From assembly GCA_963733195.1 (NCBI GenBank), contig CAVTCR010000056.1:1-64000 (forward strand): a stretch of DNA of 64,000 bases. Direction: 5' to 3'. A program made the position numbers and the translations under genes. Of the stretch, positions 62,887 to 64,000 are shown piece after piece. Under the pieces are notes generated by a model, which was given only the letters and a program-made list of their open reading frames with translations, searched no databases and was not told where the DNA came from. Numbering within the stretch: position 1 is the first letter of the stretch; every line of letters begins with the position of its first letter. The stretch comes from an uncultured delta proteobacterium. Lineage in GTDB: Bacteria; Desulfobacterota; Binatia; Bin18.

Positions 62887-64000
62887 GTGAACGGGGTGAA
62901 ACCGAGTTCTCCACGTTGGCTTCCGTTGCTTGCCGGAGGAAGTGTCGCGCTTATCTCCGTGGTGCTCTGGTGGACACTTAGTGTCCAAGAACAAACTCAT
63001 ATTCAGCACATGGTGACGGCTGAAGCGACGAGTATCAAGAACGAAATTGCGGTGCAGATGCAGGCCCGTATCCTTGCGTTAGTTGACATTGCTAGACGAT
63101 GGGAAAAAACTGGGAGGTTGCCGCAGGACGATTGGGAGATTGAAGCGGAACTGAATCTCAATCACTTCCCAGGGTACCATGCGATAGCCTGGGCGGACGC
63201 CTGGCTCGCTTTACGATGGGCAGTTCCTCTCAAAGATGATGATGCTGCGCTCGAGTTGAACTGGATTTTTGAAGAGCAGCGACGGAAAGCCTGGGCCGCA
63301 GTCCGCAATCGTCGTGAAGTGACAGTGACACCCGCAGTTGAACTGAGCGCAAAAGAAAAAGGCATTCTAGTCTTCATCCCTATCTTTCGGGGACAAGAGT
63401 GTGCTGGCCTGATTGTCGGTGTCTTCCGTATTCAGGAACTCCTTGATGCTATTTTGCATGAACATGTGATGCCCGAGTATGGGGTTCGCGGTATTTGATG
63501 CGACCACCCAAATTTATCGTGCAACGCATGCAAGTCCAGAGTACGAGGAAGCGAGGCAGCAGACCTCGATCATCGACTTGTACGGAACCCCTTGGCGTTT
63601 ACGGGTCTGGCCGCAGGCCACTATTGTTGAAACGTGAGGTTTCATCGCTGCCAGTAGTTGTCTTGCTCGCCGGACTTGGTATCTCGGTGCTCCTTGCTTT
63701 GGCGGTGACTTTTGCCCAGACAGCAAGTGTTCGTACCCAAACCGTTGTCAGTGTAAATGAGAAACTCGAACGCGAGATTGCCGAACGGGCGCGTGTCGAA
63801 GACGAGGTGCGGACACTAAATGATGAACTAGAACAGCGAGTGACAGAGCGCACAACGCAATTAGCTGAGGCAAATACTGATCTTGAGAAAGAAATAGTCG
63901 CACGTGCGCGTATTGAGCAACTTTTGCGTGAGAGTGAGAAGCGGTATCGCGGACTCATTGAGAATGTCAGCGATGGGATTCTCTCGTGTACTCTTGAGGG
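62887..64000 (+). CDS. CHASE-domain membrane sensor with PAS (probable histidine kinase; runs off right edge, indels)
   Basis: TM-CHASE-TM, then LNDELEQRVTERTTQLAEAN coiled coil and SEKRYRGLIENVSDGI PAS start; kinase core not in window. Confidence 0.75.

Noticed and set aside
1-64000. Mass pseudogenisation or programmed frameshifting suggested by many split ORFs
   Set aside because: The breaks are mostly single-base indels clustered in patches across unrelated genes with otherwise conserved sequence, typical of low-coverage long-read consensus error.

Overview
This is a 64 kb bacterial chromosomal window. Its gene content (many LLM oxidoreductases, family III CoA-transferases, an amidohydrolase, cyclase-AAA-TPR proteins, a DUF1302/DUF1329 cluster) resembles uncultured 'Deltaproteobacteria'/Binatia-like genomes; that taxonomy is an inference. 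Many genes are broken by single-base indels in patches, as expected from an unpolished long-read assembly, so most frameshifts are not called as real pseudogenes. Main content: (1) a sigma54-type DUF1302-DUF1329-YCF48/BNR-MMPL-MMPL lipophile-uptake operon; (2) catabolic genes: an MlrC/M81 peptidase, an intradiol dioxygenase, a LuxE+LuxC acyl-reductase pair, a xanthine-dehydrogenase-family M-S-L-moaD-L' cluster, CoA-transferases, LLM/PPOX/EthD proteins and hydrolases; (3) three class III nucleotide-cyclase/TPR genes, one split by two complete IS elements with intact target duplications; (4) three PIN-type toxin-antitoxin pairs, one forming a 720-bp integrase-less islet at tRNA-Leu(CAA). Most unusual signals: an IS200 tnpA remnant with no CC dinucleotide on one strand over 547 nt, whose changes from the family consensus nearly all remove a C; period-7 tandem arrays of many unrelated unit sequences, both as intergenic hairpins and inside the same loops of paralogous cyclase genes; REP-like palindromes inserted into those genes; and an RNA-polymerase-like module inserted into the YCF48 propeller.
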